This document shows positions 11,220 through 22,105 of a stretch of 64,000 nt of DNA, piece by piece. Each line of letters opens with the position of its first letter. The first letter of the stretch is position 1. The notes under the pieces were generated by a model. That model saw nothing but the letters and a program-made list of their open reading frames with translations, was not told where the DNA came from and did not search any database. Made by a program: the position numbers and the translations under genes. Origin of the DNA: Promethearchaeota archaeon (GTDB taxonomy: Archaea > Asgardarchaeota > Lokiarchaeia > Sigyniarchaeales > SOKP01); the NCBI GenBank assembly GCA_019058445.1, contig JAHPZA010000004.1, positions 354,184 through 418,183 of the forward strand. Direction: 5' to 3'.

Positions 11220-12227
11220 ATGAATAGTAATGGAGAATTATGGACCGATAGAGAGAAAAGCAAACTTGAGAGAAAAATTTTCAACGAATTTGTAAAAAGA
11301 AATGATTTATCTAAATTTGATAAAGAAACATTAAGAAAATGGAAAGTGATTTTGAATTTTAACTACGGTTTTTATAGAGGTGAGTTTTATAACTATTTAA
11401 TGGATAATCAAACATCCTTTAATAATTTCATTAACAAATTGGATAATGAAAGTAAGGAAGTAGTAAATTTGATAATTAAAGATGTTGAGTATATCAATAC
11501 GCATAGTTTTATAGAACTACTTCAAGATATTTTAGATAAGGAAGAAAAAATTATGGATTACTTAGAAGTAATGAAATCATTCACACATCTAAAATTACAT
11601 GAAAATGTCTATGAACAATCTGTATTTGGTTATAGGCATGGTTTAGTCTATTTACCAGAAGATATTCTAAAGTTCTTAAATAATAAAGATTTCCTTGATT
11701 GTGGGGCTTATATTGGCGATTCAGCATTAATTTTTGAAAAATATTATAATCCGAGGAAAGTCTATTCTTTCGAACCAGATGATGAGAATTATAATTTACT
11801 TTTAAATACCATGAAGTTAAATGACTTAAAGAAAGTTAAACCTATTAAATTAGGTGTCGGTTCGTATGATAACTTTGCAAATTTTTTTCATTCTACAGGA
11901 GCTTCACATATTACTGATGAAAATAGCGAAACCCAAATTAAAATTACATCAATTGATAAATTTGTTTTTGATAACAACATAGATGTAGGTTTAATTAAAA
12001 TAGATGTGGAAGGGTATGAATTAGAAGTACTAGAAGGTGCAAAGAGAACTATAAAAGAATTTAAACCTGTCTTATCAATATCTATATACCATAATGCTGA
12101 GCAATTTATCCATACAATGGATTTTATCCAAGATTTAGTCCCTGATTATAAATGTATCATTAGGCATTTAGAGGATATTCTTCGTGTTTCTGAAACTTTA
12201 TTAATAGTATGGATAAATAATGATTAA
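11220..12227 (+). CDS. FkbM-family methyltransferase
   Basis: FLDCGAYIGD, SFEP, IKIDVEGYE and ISIYH motifs. Confidence 0.88.
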   Translation: MNSNGELWTDREKSKLERKIFNEFVKRNDLSKFDKETLRKWKVILNFNYGFYRGEFYNYLMDNQTSFNNFINKLDNESKEVVNLIIKDVEYINTHSFIELLQDILDKEEKIMDYLEVMKSFTHLKLHENVYEQSVFGYRHGLVYLPEDILKFLNNKDFLDCGAYIGDSALIFEKYYNPRKVYSFEPDDENYNLLLNTMKLNDLKKVKPIKLGVGSYDNFANFFHSTGASHITDENSETQIKITSIDKFVFDNNIDVGLIKIDVEGYELEVLEGAKRTIKEFKPVLSISIYHNAEQFIHTMDFIQDLVPDYKCIIRHLEDILRVSETLLIVWINND

Positions 12228-12424
12228 TTCAATTTTTTTTCTAAATTTATTTAATAAACGACTTTTAACTCTATATTAAAATTATTATTGAAATAAGCTA
12301 AAGATATAGAAACGCAATTCACATATATATCATCCAATTAATATTTAAAAAATAGAAAATCTTTTTGGATTAAATTTTATAATTATAAAAGGTTAATTTG
12401 ATTAAATCAAATTTAATATAGCAA

Positions 12425-13225
12425 TTGAATTTTTTGAGAACATATACCTATGGACCATTTCAGTCGAGACGTTTAGGACTATCCTTAGGCATCAATATTT
12501 TACCCAAATATAAATTATGTACCTTTAATTGTGTGTATTGTGAAATAGGTTCCACCGACCAATTAGTTTCTCCGAATTATCGAATAAAAGCCCCTCCTTC
12601 TCCGCTATTTCGGAAAGAACTTAAAGACATCTTGAAATTTTTTCCCCATTTAGATTCAATTACTTTCGGTTATAATGGTGAGCCTAGCTTGAATGAAAAT
12701 TTATTAGATTTCCATAAAATTGCATCAGATGTAAGAGAGGAGGTCGAATGGACTCAGAAAAAGCCTCTACTTACACTTTTTACTAATTCCAGTACATTAC
12801 ACATACAAGATATAAGAGAGAGAGTAAAACAGTTTGATTTGGTTTTAGCGAAGTTAGATGCTGCGATAGATGAAGATTTTCGAAGAACAAATAATCCTCA
12901 TCAAGAAGTTCCAGATATCGAAACTTTAATTGATTCACTTGTGAAGTTAAAAGAAGAAATGCCAACAAATCATAAATTAGCTATTCAAAGTTTAATTTAT
13001 GATTCCTATAGAGAAGATTTTATTCCTAATAAGAATCCTACGAATATATCGAAATTGGCTCTGGCAATCAAGAAGATTAAACCAGATATAGTTCAAATCT
13101 ATTCCGTGGCAAGAATCCCCGCAAATTATTTTGTATTTTCTATTGATACCACAAGAAAAAAGCAAATCGTTCAAGAAATTCAAAAAATCGTGAATGATCA
13201 AAATGTTGAGATATCTTATTATTGA
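12425..13225 (+). CDS. Radical SAM protein
   Basis: YGPFQSRRLGLSLGIN, CTFNCVYC, NGEP. Confidence 0.88.
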   Translation: MNFLRTYTYGPFQSRRLGLSLGINILPKYKLCTFNCVYCEIGSTDQLVSPNYRIKAPPSPLFRKELKDILKFFPHLDSITFGYNGEPSLNENLLDFHKIASDVREEVEWTQKKPLLTLFTNSSTLHIQDIRERVKQFDLVLAKLDAAIDEDFRRTNNPHQEVPDIETLIDSLVKLKEEMPTNHKLAIQSLIYDSYREDFIPNKNPTNISKLALAIKKIKPDIVQIYSVARIPANYFVFSIDTTRKKQIVQEIQKIVNDQNVEISYY

Positions 13226-13301
13226 TAAGATCTATCTATTTTTCTTAATAAGTTATAAAGGAAAATTCAAAAATTACATAAATTTATGTTTGTTTGTATA
13301 A

Positions 13302-14720
13302 GTGCAGATGGAGAAAAAAGATTTAATACTGAAATTAAATGAAATTAAAGGAAACATTGGTACAAAATTAAATCCCTCGATAATTAAAGATATTGCTTCT
13401 ATCTATGGATTATGGCTTAGAAATCATGGTAATCAAGCGATAATCGGAAGAGATACAAGACCGAGTGGGGATTTAATTCAGAATGTAATAATTGAAGGTT
13501 TACATTCTGTGGGGTGTAAAGTTAATAATTTAGGAATTTGTCCTACTCCGATAGTTTTCTATTTAAAAAATAAATTCGAGATAAAAGGAGGGATTTTAAT
13601 TTCAGATTCTAATAAACCTATTAACTGGAATAAAATAAAATTAGATATTGATGAGGATTACTTATATACTATTGAATTAAAAGAAGAATATAGAAATCAA
13701 AATAAAGAGTATTCAAAACATTATGATTATATCCAAAAAAATCAGATATTACAAAATATTAATCCCATTTCTACTTATATTGATGATTTATTAAATAATT
13801 TTAATGTTGAAAGAATTCAAAGTCAAAATAAACTTCGGGTAATTGTAGATCCAGGTGCAGGCGCAGGTAAAATCGCTACTCCAAATATATTGGAGAGATT
13901 AGGATGCGAAGTCTTAGTGATCAATAAACAATTTGATAAGAACAATGAATATCCTCGAGAATTAAAACCTATAAAAGAAAATTTAAAAGATTCAATTTTA
14001 GCATTATGGAAAGGGAATTTAGATATAGGTTTTGCTCATGATTGTGATGCTAATAAGGTAACTGTAATTGGAGATGATTTTGAATGCTATTCTGAGGATG
14101 TCATATCAGCCCTCATCATAGATAATTATCTTACTTCGAAAAATGCGAGTGAAAAAAATTTTATTTTCTTTTTAAATTTGGCTTCATCTCTGCGATTTGA
14201 ACATCTTGCTGAACGTTATAACATTCAAGTATTAAAATCTTATAATGAAAACCAATATATGGAACAAAATATGGAAAAAATCCTTAATGAAAAAGAATAT
14301 ATTGTGTTTGGATCTGAAGGATTATGTGGAGGACCAATTTTTCCTAATTTTAATAAAGTTAAGGATGGATTTTTTATAACTGCTAAATTAATAGAAATTT
14401 TAGTCGATTCTGAGAAGAAACTATCGACTCTTATTTCCAAACTTCCTAAATTTTATTCATATCAAGAAAAGATCCCTATAATAAAACAACAACTTGAATC
14501 TCTCATAAAAGGAGTATATGAGGAGTTATCTAAAGAAGGAGAGACTGTAAATAAAGTGGGTAATATTTTAAGGTTTGGTCATAACAAAGACTGGTTTGTA
14601 TTAATTTACCCTTCAAATTATTACATTAAAGTGTATAGTGAAGCAAAAAGAGATTCACTAGCGAGACTTTATTGCGAAACTGCAACAGAATTAATAAAGA
14701 TGATTATTTCTAGGACATGA
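13302..14720 (+). CDS. Alpha-D-phosphohexomutase (PMM/PGM) fold protein with degenerate active site
   Basis: IGRDTRPSG and LGICPTP are conserved, but SDSNKP replaces TASHNP and DCDANK replaces DxDxDR. Confidence 0.8.
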   Translation: MQMEKKDLILKLNEIKGNIGTKLNPSIIKDIASIYGLWLRNHGNQAIIGRDTRPSGDLIQNVIIEGLHSVGCKVNNLGICPTPIVFYLKNKFEIKGGILISDSNKPINWNKIKLDIDEDYLYTIELKEEYRNQNKEYSKHYDYIQKNQILQNINPISTYIDDLLNNFNVERIQSQNKLRVIVDPGAGAGKIATPNILERLGCEVLVINKQFDKNNEYPRELKPIKENLKDSILALWKGNLDIGFAHDCDANKVTVIGDDFECYSEDVISALIIDNYLTSKNASEKNFIFFLNLASSLRFEHLAERYNIQVLKSYNENQYMEQNMEKILNEKEYIVFGSEGLCGGPIFPNFNKVKDGFFITAKLIEILVDSEKKLSTLISKLPKFYSYQEKIPIIKQQLESLIKGVYEELSKEGETVNKVGNILRFGHNKDWFVLIYPSNYYIKVYSEAKRDSLARLYCETATELIKMIISRT

Positions 14721-15140
14721 AAAGGGATTCCTTTTAAACACAACTTTTAGATTTTCCCATAGTATTCCCACTAAATTACTCCAATAGGCAAAATCGCACG
14801 ATAGATTTATAAATTATGCAATTAAATAAAGTCTTAATCTACAAAATTGTTGAGATTATCATGACTCTTAAAACAACTCTCGGACTTTGGATTAGAACAC
14901 GAACCGTATTAATCCGTACTCCGATTGCTTATAATCCTACCGTCATGATAAATGATTCATTCCTTTTAGGAATGTTCATTATCTAAAATAATTTTGGCGA
15001 CTCGACTACATTCCCTCTTTATTATTAGCAATATTTCCTCATTCTTCTTAGATATCATATCTCTCAATCATAGAAATCTATATGCCAAAATTGTTTTATT
15101 GCGATATTATTAAAAAATTTTTAAAAAAAGGTGTGAAAAA

Positions 15141-16379
15141 ATGTCAGAATTGGAAAAAATCAAAGAAATTGGAAAGGATTTAGCAAAAACAGATAAAATT
15201 TTCAAAGGAATCAGTTTTGAGGCTAATATATGGAAGTCATATTTAGTATCATTTTTTAGGGGTTTCCATTTTGTCTCAGGAGTGCTTTTACCATTCTTTT
15301 TAGGATGGGGTAAATTATCGTTTTTCCAAATAATGCTGTTACAGAGTTATTTTACGATTATGATTGTACTATTTGAAATTCCTTGTGGAGCAATATCAGA
15401 CTATATAAGCAGAAAATTTTCATTATTCCTTGGTGCACTAGCAATGGCATTGGCAGCTTTAATCTATTCATATTTGCCAAATATTTTTTTGTTTATTCTT
15501 GGAGAAACTTTATTTGCATTGGGATACGCTTTAGTGTCTGGAACTGATGAGGCTTTTATATTCGATACATTAAGAAAAATGGAAAGAGAGAATGAAATGC
15601 CTAAAATAATGGGAAAATTAAGAAGTTTTTTCTTAGCAGGAATTGGGATATCAGCGCCTATTGGATCTATGATAACATTGTTTTTTCCGATTCGGTATTC
15701 TATGACATTTATGTTTTTTCCCTTTATCATAGCAGCTTTAATTTCATTATCTCTTAGAGAACCCAATCATGATTTAGAGAGAGAGCCATCAAATTATTTA
15801 TCTGTTGTTCAATTAGGATTCAAAGAACTTAAAAAAAACAAAAATTTGAGAATTCTGGCATTTGACTTTATCATTATTGATGTGTTAGTTTTTCTCTTAT
15901 TATGGACTTACCAGCTATATCTTGATGTACTATCAGTACCTTTAGTATTTTTCGGTTTTGTCGCAGCATCGATGACCCTTACACAAATTATATTCTTTAA
16001 TATAATACCAAAACTTCAACAACGTATCAAAAATAAAAAAATGTTCCTTAAAATTTATACCATTATACCAGGTATAGCATATATTCTCATAGCATTCATT
16101 ATATTTACTCCAATGAGTATTGCTTTAATGTTAATTATCATTGGAGTAGGATTCTCACGCAATATTATATTCGTTGGGGGAATTAACAAAAATATAGAAG
16201 AAGAGAACAGAGCCACTGTTTTAAGCACAATTAGCATGATTCGCAGCTTTATAATTACAATACTCTATCCAATTATAGGATTACTTGCTATGTGGAATTT
16301 AAATTATACATTCATAATCTTAGGAATATCGATAATACTAGTTGCATTAATTTCCAGAGTTAAAAATGAGCATCTATAA
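15141..16379 (+). CDS. MFS transporter
   Basis: FEIPCGAISDYISRK, SGTDEAFIFD and RATVLS motifs; ~12 TM. Confidence 0.88.
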   Translation: MSELEKIKEIGKDLAKTDKIFKGISFEANIWKSYLVSFFRGFHFVSGVLLPFFLGWGKLSFFQIMLLQSYFTIMIVLFEIPCGAISDYISRKFSLFLGALAMALAALIYSYLPNIFLFILGETLFALGYALVSGTDEAFIFDTLRKMERENEMPKIMGKLRSFFLAGIGISAPIGSMITLFFPIRYSMTFMFFPFIIAALISLSLREPNHDLEREPSNYLSVVQLGFKELKKNKNLRILAFDFIIIDVLVFLLLWTYQLYLDVLSVPLVFFGFVAASMTLTQIIFFNIIPKLQQRIKNKKMFLKIYTIIPGIAYILIAFIIFTPMSIALMLIIIGVGFSRNIIFVGGINKNIEEENRATVLSTISMIRSFIITILYPIIGLLAMWNLNYTFIILGISIILVALISRVKNEHL

Positions 16380-16499
16380 ATCAATAATTAATTTCTTTTT
16401 TTTAGGGTATTATAATAATACTTAAATGATTTTATAAAAGGTAAAAGATTTTATAAAAAAAGAAATCTATTCCTTAATCAGGTTGTAGGTAATTTATAA

Positions 16500-16949
16500 T
16501 TGCTTGTAATTAGAAAATTTGAAGATGATGACGCATTAGAAGCATCAGATTTAATCAGAAAAACATTATCTGAAGAAAATAGTAAGTTTTATCCTAATTC
16601 AGTTATAGATTATATGTCTAATGAATATTCTCCTAAATTTTTAATTGAACTTTCAAAAGAGCGAGAATTTTTTGTAGCGGTTGCAAATACTAAAATCATT
16701 GGAACTATTACCATCATCGATGATTACATCGGTACCGTTTTTGTAAATCCTGAGCATCATAATAAGGGCATTGGTACAAAATTGATGGAGACCATTGAGA
16801 ATTTGGTACGAGAAAAACGTATTAAAAACCTCAGATTAGAATCAAGTATTAATGCTGTAGAATTTTATGAGAAATTAGGATATAATAAGAAAGAAAAGAA
16901 AGATGATAGAGATTATGGCATAACCTATATAATGACTAAAAAACTCTAA
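16500..16949 (+). CDS. GNAT acetyltransferase
   Basis: VFVNPEHHNKGIG and NAVEFYEKLGY motifs. Confidence 0.88.
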   Translation: MLVIRKFEDDDALEASDLIRKTLSEENSKFYPNSVIDYMSNEYSPKFLIELSKEREFFVAVANTKIIGTITIIDDYIGTVFVNPEHHNKGIGTKLMETIENLVREKRIKNLRLESSINAVEFYEKLGYNKKEKKDDRDYGITYIMTKKL

Positions 16950-16954
16950 ACCTT

Positions 16955-17191
16955 ATGATTGAAGCTAAATTTTATTTCTATATAGGTTTAATATTTTTTA
17001 TTATTGCTGTAATTGGTTCAGGATTTCTAATATTTGGTATTTATATAATTTCTGCATATAAGCAACCAATATCCATCGCTTTTAACATCATCATAGTAGG
17101 AATAGTACTTTTACCTATAGGGGTGATTTTCGCAATAGTGTTTTTTAAGCAAAGTATATCAACTCGAAAGAAAGCGAAGAAAACTGAATAA
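16955..17191 (+). CDS. Small two-TM membrane protein
   Basis: Two hydrophobic helices and a basic C-tail. Confidence 0.6.
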   Translation: MIEAKFYFYIGLIFFIIAVIGSGFLIFGIYIISAYKQPISIAFNIIIVGIVLLPIGVIFAIVFFKQSISTRKKAKKTE

Positions 17192-17273
17192 TTTAATGAA
17201 ATATCAAAAATTTTATTTTTAATAACTCTTTTACTAACTCATTGAAAATGCATTAAAATATAATAGAAAAAAT

Positions 17274-17459
17274 TTGATAAGTATGGTAAAATGTGAATGT
17301 CCCTCATGTTATTTTGAAATTCAATTAGATGAGGGTACAATTGAAGGAGAAGTTATTCCATGCCCTGACTGTGGAGTGGATTTAGAAATAACCAAGATTA
17401 ATGGAGAAGTAGCTAAAGCTGAAATAGCTGAGATGGCTGAAGAGGATTGGGGTGAATAA
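17274..17459 (+). CDS. lysW: Amino-group carrier protein LysW
   Basis: CPSC...CPDCG Zn ribbon and C-terminal EDWGE. Confidence 0.95.
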   Translation: MISMVKCECPSCYFEIQLDEGTIEGEVIPCPDCGVDLEITKINGEVAKAEIAEMAEEDWGE

Positions 17460-17553
17460 ATCTCTTCCTCGATTAATTACATTTTCATGCTAATTAGATA
17501 CTCACTATTTCAATCTCTTTTTTGAAAAATATTTAACAATCTTTATATATATC

Positions 17554-19377
17554 TTATTTTAAATTGCTAACTAAGAGTTCAGCTAACTTTTTCCCGACAA
17601 CTTGAGTTAATTCTTCTATAGAAGCATTTTTAACTCCTTCATAACTTCCAAAATGAGTTAAGAGTTTATTTCTAGTTGCGGGACCTATACCCTTTATTTG
17701 ATCTAATACAGAACCTGTTATTTTCTTCATTCTCTGTTTTTTATGAAGTTTTACTGCAAATCTGTGTGCCTCATCTCTGATTCTTTGAAATAATTTTAAT
17801 AAGGGAGAGGAATTCGGTAAAATAATTGGCTCTTTTTCTCCAGGAATATAAATCTCTTCGAAACGTTTGGCCAGACCAATAATTGATACACCTTCAATTC
17901 CTAACTCCTTTAAAACAGAAACACCTGCATTTAATTGTCCTTTTCCACCATCTACTAAAATCAAGTCCGGTAATTCATAACCTTTTTCTATTAAAAAAGT
18001 ATATCGTCTCTTTATCACTTCTTTCATCATTGCAACGTCATCCGGTGTCGATTTCGAACGAATATTATAATGGCGATAATATTTGTTATATGGCTTCCCC
18101 TCGAGAAAGTAGACCATTGAACCAGTTGCATTTGTCCCTTCTATGTTTGATATATCAAATCCTTCAATAATTCTTGGCTCATCAGGTAAGTTTAGAATTT
18201 CTTTTGCCTTTTGTAGGGCAAATTTTATTTGATCATCTTCTTTTTGCCTGATATCTTCCATTTGAATCTGCTGTTCTAATATCACTTTCGCATTCTTTAA
18301 TGCTATCCGCATTAAACCAATTTCATCAGCTATGGGTGTTCTAATTTCAATTGATTTTTTTATTTCTTTTAACACATCTTTTAAAAGGTTAATTCCCTCA
18401 TCCTCTTTTGGTATGACAATAATATCGGGAAGACTGTATTTAATATCTTGATAATATTGCCCTAAAACAGAAACGAATATTTCTTCCCTCAAATCTAGTT
18501 TTTCTCTTAAGTCAAAATTAAAGGAACTCTTATTTGATATTTTCCCCTCACGAATATGAATGATAGCTAAGGCAGCATAACTTTTATTGCTCGTATACCC
18601 AATTATATCCTTATTTACTTCATGATCTAAAAGAACATGTTGGCTTGCTGTAGAATGATCAATCGCTTCTAGTTTGTCTCTCCAAAATGCTGCCACTTCA
18701 TAGTCTTGGTTATCAGACGCATTTTCCATCTTTTGTTTGATCTGGCTTTTAAGCTCTTCAGTTTCACCTTTCAAAAATAATTCAATTTGTTTTACATTTT
18801 CTAGATAATCAGATTTCTTAATTGCGCTTATACATGGCCCTGGGCATAATTTCAATTGATAATATAAGCATGGTCTTTGCCTTTTTTGCACTTTCTTAGT
18901 ACATGAGCAATAAGGAAAAATTTTTCGTAAATCCCGTAAAATTCTTCGGATCTCTTTCTTATCGGTATATGGTCCCAAGAAAAGATTTTCCTTCGAATAC
19001 CATTGAGGATTTCTTAAAATTTTAATTCGTGGAAAATCTTCAGAGTAAAATATTCCAATCCAAGGGTATGATTTAGAATCTCGCATAATCACATTGAAAC
19101 GGGGCAAATGTTTCTTTATTTGAATATTTTCCAGTATTGATGCTTCTTTTTCATTTTCAGTAACAAAATAGTCTATAGTATTGATTCTTTTAACAAGATC
19201 TTTTATTTTATCCTCATAATATGGATCATTGTATGTGGATTTTACAAAATATTGTGATACTCGTTTTTTAAGATTACGCGCTTTACCAATATAAATGATT
19301 TTATCATTTTTATCTTTAAATAAATATACTCCCGGTTCATTTGGTAAACTTTTTCTTTGTAATTCTAAATCGGACAT
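17554..19377 (-). CDS. uvrC: Excinuclease ABC subunit C
   Basis: PGVY...IYIGKA GIY-YIG domain, EGFDISN, LVDGGKGQ, RDEAHRFA, C-terminal HhH. Confidence 0.96.
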   Translation of the reverse strand: MSDLELQRKSLPNEPGVYLFKDKNDKIIYIGKARNLKKRVSQYFVKSTYNDPYYEDKIKDLVKRINTIDYFVTENEKEASILENIQIKKHLPRFNVIMRDSKSYPWIGIFYSEDFPRIKILRNPQWYSKENLFLGPYTDKKEIRRILRDLRKIFPYCSCTKKVQKRQRPCLYYQLKLCPGPCISAIKKSDYLENVKQIELFLKGETEELKSQIKQKMENASDNQDYEVAAFWRDKLEAIDHSTASQHVLLDHEVNKDIIGYTSNKSYAALAIIHIREGKISNKSSFNFDLREKLDLREEIFVSVLGQYYQDIKYSLPDIIVIPKEDEGINLLKDVLKEIKKSIEIRTPIADEIGLMRIALKNAKVILEQQIQMEDIRQKEDDQIKFALQKAKEILNLPDEPRIIEGFDISNIEGTNATGSMVYFLEGKPYNKYYRHYNIRSKSTPDDVAMMKEVIKRRYTFLIEKGYELPDLILVDGGKGQLNAGVSVLKELGIEGVSIIGLAKRFEEIYIPGEKEPIILPNSSPLLKLFQRIRDEAHRFAVKLHKKQRMKKITGSVLDQIKGIGPATRNKLLTHFGSYEGVKNASIEELTQVVGKKLAELLVSNLK

Positions 19378-19605
19378 CCTTAACTTCTAGCGTTTATATT
19401 GAAAAGAGAAATTGCGAGATTCATTGATTTACTTATTTTACAACAAAATGCTTTTTCTTAGCATATCTCTATTATACTTTTATATTAAAAAGGATTAATA
19501 TTTATGTGTTATACGGTATAAATTTATTAAAAAGGTGTAATATTACCTTATTTCTAAAATTTTTAATGAAACTAATAAATCTAATGAGTATTTCTTTACG
19601 ATAAG

Positions 19606-19806
19606 ATGACAAAAATTAGGCTGTGTCCAAAATGTAAGAAACCAACCTTAAGAAATGCCACGAATGTCAGTGGATGGCTAGCCCCGAGTATGTTTGAATG
19701 TAGTGATAATAAGTGTGGCTATGTTGGATATATTTATATTGAAGTGGACCCAAAAGATTTTAAACTTGATGGTGAGGATAAAGTAAGTGAAGATGCAAAA
19801 GAATAA
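19606..19806 (+). CDS. Small Zn-ribbon protein
   Basis: CPKC...GWLAP..FEC...CGYVG. Confidence 0.65.
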   Translation: MTKIRLCPKCKKPTLRNATNVSGWLAPSMFECSDNKCGYVGYIYIEVDPKDFKLDGEDKVSEDAKE

Positions 19807-19866
19807 AACCCTATAGATTCATAATATTAATAATATGTACAGTAATTCTTCAAATAGTGAGGAGAA

Positions 19867-20805
19867 ATGAACCAACTATTAAAAGATGCAGAAAAAATTA
19901 AATCTTTAGAAATTCAAGGAGCGACTAACGTGGCTCTGAGTGCAATTGATTTTTTAAGTAGCTATGCAAAAAGGCTGAAATATAAAGAAGTTGACAGTTG
20001 CTTAGGAGATTTATACAAAGCAAGAGAGATTTTGATTAATACAAGGTCTACAGAACCTGCAATGAGGAACGGATTAAATTATATCATGAATAAATTAGAG
20101 AAGGAAAAAAATGAATGCAGCTTAGACGAATTACCAGCAAAAATTGAAATTTATAAAAACGAATATCATGAAATGCTTCTAAATTCCAAAAAAAGAATTG
20201 CTGAAATCGGCGCTCGTAGAATCCCTGAATCGGATAAGAAATTTATTGTTATGACTCATTGCCACTCATCTTTAGTAACTGCAATCCTATTAGAAGCTAA
20301 AAAACAGAATAAAAAGTTCACAGTAATAAACACAGAAACTCAACCAAGACTACAAGGAAGAAAAACCGCGACTAAATTATTAAATGCGGATATAGATGTC
20401 ATTCATGTCGTTGATAGTGCAATGAGATGGGCTATTAAACATTTTCAAGTAGATCTGATTATAATTGGAGCTGATTCAATTACTTCAGAGGGTACTGTTT
20501 TGAATAAAATTGGTTCACGATTACTTGCTCTCGTTGCTCATGAAGAAAATATTCCTTTTTATGTGGCATCCCCCTTATTAAAATATAATCCTGAAACAAA
20601 TTTAGGGACTTTAGAAAAAATAGAAATGAGAGACGCAGAAGAAATATGGAAAAATCCTCCAAAGGGGAAAATCCAAATTTTAAATCCTGCTTTTGAAACG
20701 ATAAGAAGAAGATATATAGATGGTTTAATAACTGAAGCCGGTATATTTGCCTCTAGTCATGTTCCAAATTATTTCGCTAAATTTTATCCCGAATTGGCAG
20801 AATAA
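19867..20805 (+). CDS. Ribose-1,5-bisphosphate isomerase (eIF2B-like family)
   Basis: IQGATNVA, MTHCHSS, TETQP, GADSI, NKIGS and NPAFE motifs; near RuBisCO. Confidence 0.85.
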   Translation: MNQLLKDAEKIKSLEIQGATNVALSAIDFLSSYAKRLKYKEVDSCLGDLYKAREILINTRSTEPAMRNGLNYIMNKLEKEKNECSLDELPAKIEIYKNEYHEMLLNSKKRIAEIGARRIPESDKKFIVMTHCHSSLVTAILLEAKKQNKKFTVINTETQPRLQGRKTATKLLNADIDVIHVVDSAMRWAIKHFQVDLIIIGADSITSEGTVLNKIGSRLLALVAHEENIPFYVASPLLKYNPETNLGTLEKIEMRDAEEIWKNPPKGKIQILNPAFETIRRRYIDGLITEAGIFASSHVPNYFAKFYPELAE

Positions 20806-20890
20806 GTTAATCACGTCTCTATTTGTTAATTACTTTTTTATATTCATTTTTTTTAGAAAAGATTTTTACTAATTATCGTATTTCATACAT

Positions 20891-22105
20891 ATGGATCAAT
20901 TCGAATTAGCAATTGATTTAATCTTTAAAACTCCTTTATATGCGCATCTTTATAAATCACATGGAATCAAAAGAAGTGACATCAAGAGCAAGGAAGATTT
21001 AACAAAATTACCAACTGTGTCAAAAGAACACATAAATGAGGACTATACAAAAGCTATCGCAAAACCAGAAGATATAATTAAGTATCATACAACATCTGGA
21101 TCCTCAGGAAATCCCACCATTGTCGCATATACGAAAAACGATTGGGAAATCTATACACGACAAAATGCAAAATGTCTCCAACTGATTGGAGCAACTAAAC
21201 ATGATACTTTTTACAATACTACTCCTTATGGTATGTTCTTTGCTGGAATGGTATTGCATGATGGAGCTATTAGATTGGGTGGAAAGGTTGTTCCTGCAGG
21301 AACGCTTTCGACAACAGAAGCACATTTACAGCTCATTAAGAGATTTAATCCTACAGTTTTTATAGGTATTCCTCAGTTTTTACTTAAACTTGGCAAAATC
21401 ATTAGGGACGAAGGAAATGATCCTAGAGAATTGTCAATTAAGAAAGCATACTGTTTGGGAGAACCCCTACCTGATAAAAAACGTGATCTAATTGAAGATT
21501 TATGGGATATTGATATTTATTTAGGATATGGTCTGTCAGAAATAGGTGCTGGAGCAGAATGCAGTGAAAAATTGGGCTATCATTGGCCTACTGATGATGT
21601 GTTAGTAGAAGTACTAGATGAAAAAAATGGTAAAGGAGAATTTACGTACACAACTCTTACTAAGACGGGTACGTTAGCTGTACGTTTTAGATCAAGAGAT
21701 CTGGGATATATTTTTGATGAACCATGCCCCTGTGGAGAAAAAACCCCTTTAATTTCTCATATTGAAGAGAGAATAGATGATCTGGTTAAAATAAAAGGAA
21801 CATTAATTAGTCCTTTTGCTGTTGATGCTGCATTGTATTCTTTTAAAAATGTAAATAATTATCTATTCATAATCGATGATGATGAAGGGATTGATACAGT
21901 AAGAGTATATGTAGATGGAAGTGAAATAGATCCCTTGAGAATTAAGAAAGCGATATATTCAAATATATATATTACCCCTAATTCAATAAAATCGGTAGAA
22001 AAAGACTCAATCCCTTTAATTAGTCGTAAAGGTAAGCGTTTTATTGATTTGCGAAAGGACAATCCTTATAATAATCAAATTAGAAATTTTGAAAAGCGAG
22101 TCTAA
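20891..22105 (+). CDS. Phenylacetate-CoA ligase-like adenylating enzyme
   Basis: TTSGSSGNP, YGLSE and RIDDLVKIKG motifs. Confidence 0.85.
   Translation: MDQFELAIDLIFKTPLYAHLYKSHGIKRSDIKSKEDLTKLPTVSKEHINEDYTKAIAKPEDIIKYHTTSGSSGNPTIVAYTKNDWEIYTRQNAKCLQLIGATKHDTFYNTTPYGMFFAGMVLHDGAIRLGGKVVPAGTLSTTEAHLQLIKRFNPTVFIGIPQFLLKLGKIIRDEGNDPRELSIKKAYCLGEPLPDKKRDLIEDLWDIDIYLGYGLSEIGAGAECSEKLGYHWPTDDVLVEVLDEKNGKGEFTYTTLTKTGTLAVRFRSRDLGYIFDEPCPCGEKTPLISHIEERIDDLVKIKGTLISPFAVDAALYSFKNVNNYLFIIDDDEGIDTVRVYVDGSEIDPLRIKKAIYSNIYITPNSIKSVEKDSIPLISRKGKRFIDLRKDNPYNNQIRNFEKRV

Noticed and set aside
14740-15070. Possible ncRNA or gene in a long intergenic gap
   Set aside because: A minus-strand frame (MISKKNEEILL...) has many stops and no recognisable family, and I see no convincing RNA fold; at most an old pseudogene.
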